A stretch of DNA of 64,000 nucleotides, taken from NCBI GenBank assembly GCA_030295235.1, contig AP026176.1, forward strand, positions 434,001 through 498,000, given 5' to 3'. This DNA comes from Fistulifera solaris. Taxonomy: Eukaryota. The position numbers and the translations under genes are program-made. Shown here in pieces: positions 61,824-64,000 of the stretch. The notes beneath the pieces were generated by a model. The model saw only the letters and a program-made list of their open reading frames with translations. It did no database searches and was not told the origin of the DNA. Numbering within the stretch: position 1 is the first letter of the stretch; each line of letters starts with the position of its first letter.

Positions 61824-62197
61824 TCTCTTTTCTTGTGAATGATGCGAAGGATCGCTTGCCGTTCTCTCTCGCTTTGCAACATGAATGAAACATCTCGAGA
61901 GATTGCGTGCAAGGAGCAATTATCGGAACCATCGATCGCTCATTCTCGAAGGTTTACTTCGATCAATTCAGACGGTAATACCTTCCGGAACAATAAGTAT
62001 TTAAGGAATTTTATTGCTTCTTCAAGTGATCGCCGGCTTGCGTGTTTTCGAGTGGTCAGTGGTCAACAGCTGGAGTTTCGGGTCTGAAGAAATGAGTATG
62101 ACGTCACGTTCGTTTCGAAAATGAACCATCTATGTGACATTCGACATTCCCATAATTTTTTATCTTTCGCCTATCTGAATCCATCTATCTGAATCCG

Positions 62198-64000
62198 TTA
62201 CAACAAAAGACTAGACTCCTCCGCCATGTCTTCAGATGATGATTCGTTTACCTCCTCAGACAATTCGTGCAAAGCATTTGCTTCCTCCTAACCAGACGCG
62301 AAGCGAGTAAGTGAGAAGCGGCACCTCGTCAAGGTTTTAAAGTGTCTGTCGAGCACGTACCGGAAGTTGCGACGCATAATAGACAGCAACAACATAAAAC
62401 AGCGATGAAAACAGAAACATAGTCCCCGGCCCCCAAATTATACTCGTACCGTCTTGACTCCAACCATAAATTTGGCGCATCACCGTCGGACCCAAACCAG
62501 ATGCGATTGCTTGTACAGAGTACAGAGCTCCTTGGATACGACCTTGCTCTGAATCCTTAACATTATTCGCTTTGATCGCACTGATAGTAGGAAAAGCCAT
62601 CGATACACCCGATCCGATAGCAATGGCAACAAAAATGGTCGCTTTGTTTCTGGCCAGTCCGTACAATAAGTTATGAATAGTGCCCAATGCGAAACTGATC
62701 ATGATGGTGTTCCGTTCCCCAGCTTTTCAATGATCGTCTTCAAACCGATACTCTGTACGAAAATTCCCAAGACGCCCATGATCAAGAACAGATTGGCAAT
62801 GTCTTTATCGTTGAACGATAGCTGGCTCACGATATGAGAGAAACTTCATAAGACGCACCGAGTTTCCCAATATTCGACAACAAAATCAATTCTTGTTTCC
62901 ACTTACGCGTTCTTGAATATAATACAACAAAAACGTTTGATCGCCCGCTGCCACCATTCCGCTGAAGAAAGCTAACGACGACAGTAATCGAAAGAGTGAA
63001 TTCCGATTCAATATACTGAGTTCCCATAGAGGTCGATACCACCAAGCCATGGATCGCTCCGCTCGTTGCAAGAGCGCTTGTGCTTTGGTATCTTCGGATA
63101 TCGTTTCGGGTAAAAGAACACCACGATACTCAATCCCCTAACAGTGTTACCAGAGACCATACCGAAACGTAAAAATGCCCAAACCACAAGGAAAATCGCG
63201 GCGCGAGAGCAAATCCACAAGAGAAACCCGCCAACAACATTCCAAAACTCGGTGCACGCCACTGCGGGGTAACACATCCGCCAAGGAGGAAAGGGCGACC
63301 GCAAACCAATTGACTTGAATCGCTCCGGCGGCATAGTAATAGAACGGCGACATGGTTTCGTGCAATTGAATCAATACCAAAATAGTGGGAGAAAGACACG
63401 ACAGAAGGAGGCCCGCTACTAAAATGGCTGCAATAATAGGCACAGAAAGTAAGATGATACGGAACAGAGCGCTCGGTTGCACTCAAGTCTTTCGAACTCA
63501 CGTTTCCTTCCGTATTCATCACTGAACGATCCTATTAGTGACGACGTAAAAAAGGTCAAAGCGTTCGAAATCAAACGTTCGTTCGCTACAGCTTGTTGGG
63601 CGTCGGCCGATGCAGCAAAGCAAGCCGGTGGCTTTTCATTCGCCTGAAACGAACTGCAAGTCACATTCCGCGGAAGATCATGAAGCAAATGAGCATATCG
63701 ATCCGTCATCACCGAAGGTACCTTCACAGAAACAAAAGATACGCGTGAGAAAGAACCAGCTTTTTAGAGCGCAAGGTAAGAAATATAATACGTACAACAC
63801 CAATCACGGAACCTAATCCGAGCGCTAGCAAAGTGATCAGAATAACGATTTGTGGACCGGCTCGACTTTCTCGAAACGCCTCAAAAAAGGAAGGCTTGTC
63901 GTCGCCGCTGCATTCGCTGTCGTTTCGCTCGATCAGAGGCATATGAATGTGATCTGCACCTGCGCTTCTACGCCGTAGTGTTTCGTCGTAATAAAGCTGA
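62198..64000 (-). CDS. Tandem paralog MFS transporter (HIAT1/MFSD14-like); 5' end probably outside the window
   Basis: GSFSDEYGR (MFS motif A), MAFPTISAIKANNVKDSEQGRIQGALYS. The frame is open upstream of ATG 63942 to the window edge. Last exon ends MAEESSLLL-stop. Confidence 0.8.

Overview
Eukaryotic, gene-dense DNA, most likely from a pennate diatom. This is inferred from silaffin/cingulin-like genes, a CoDi-type Ty1/copia element, diatom-type expanded small-protein families and short GT-AG introns. Many genes, including an APC4-like gene, carry single-base indels, often in homopolymers, so the assembly is probably unpolished and ORF breaks are weak evidence. Host genes: a partial sulfotransferase; two secreted RxL/His-rich/KxxK biosilica-type proteins; a CRAL-TRIO-like fusion; an SGNH-like protein; APC4; a long IQ-repeat protein; tRNA-Ile(AAT); a divergent GFAT; an ABC1/ADCK kinase; an HSF; two tandem MFS transporters. 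Two small-protein families are expanded: a 5-copy 'DSDLSDS/RWS' array and a 7-copy family that always carries an RVxF-like motif. Mobile DNA: a 6.8-kb copia element with identical 88-bp LTRs ending CG..CG, a 398-bp TRIM with tRNA T-arm/B-box hairpins, and a 1.87-kb TIR element with a TA duplication. The most striking unexplained signal is dozens of intergenic tandem micro-duplications that nearly all have a 7-bp period but different unit sequences.
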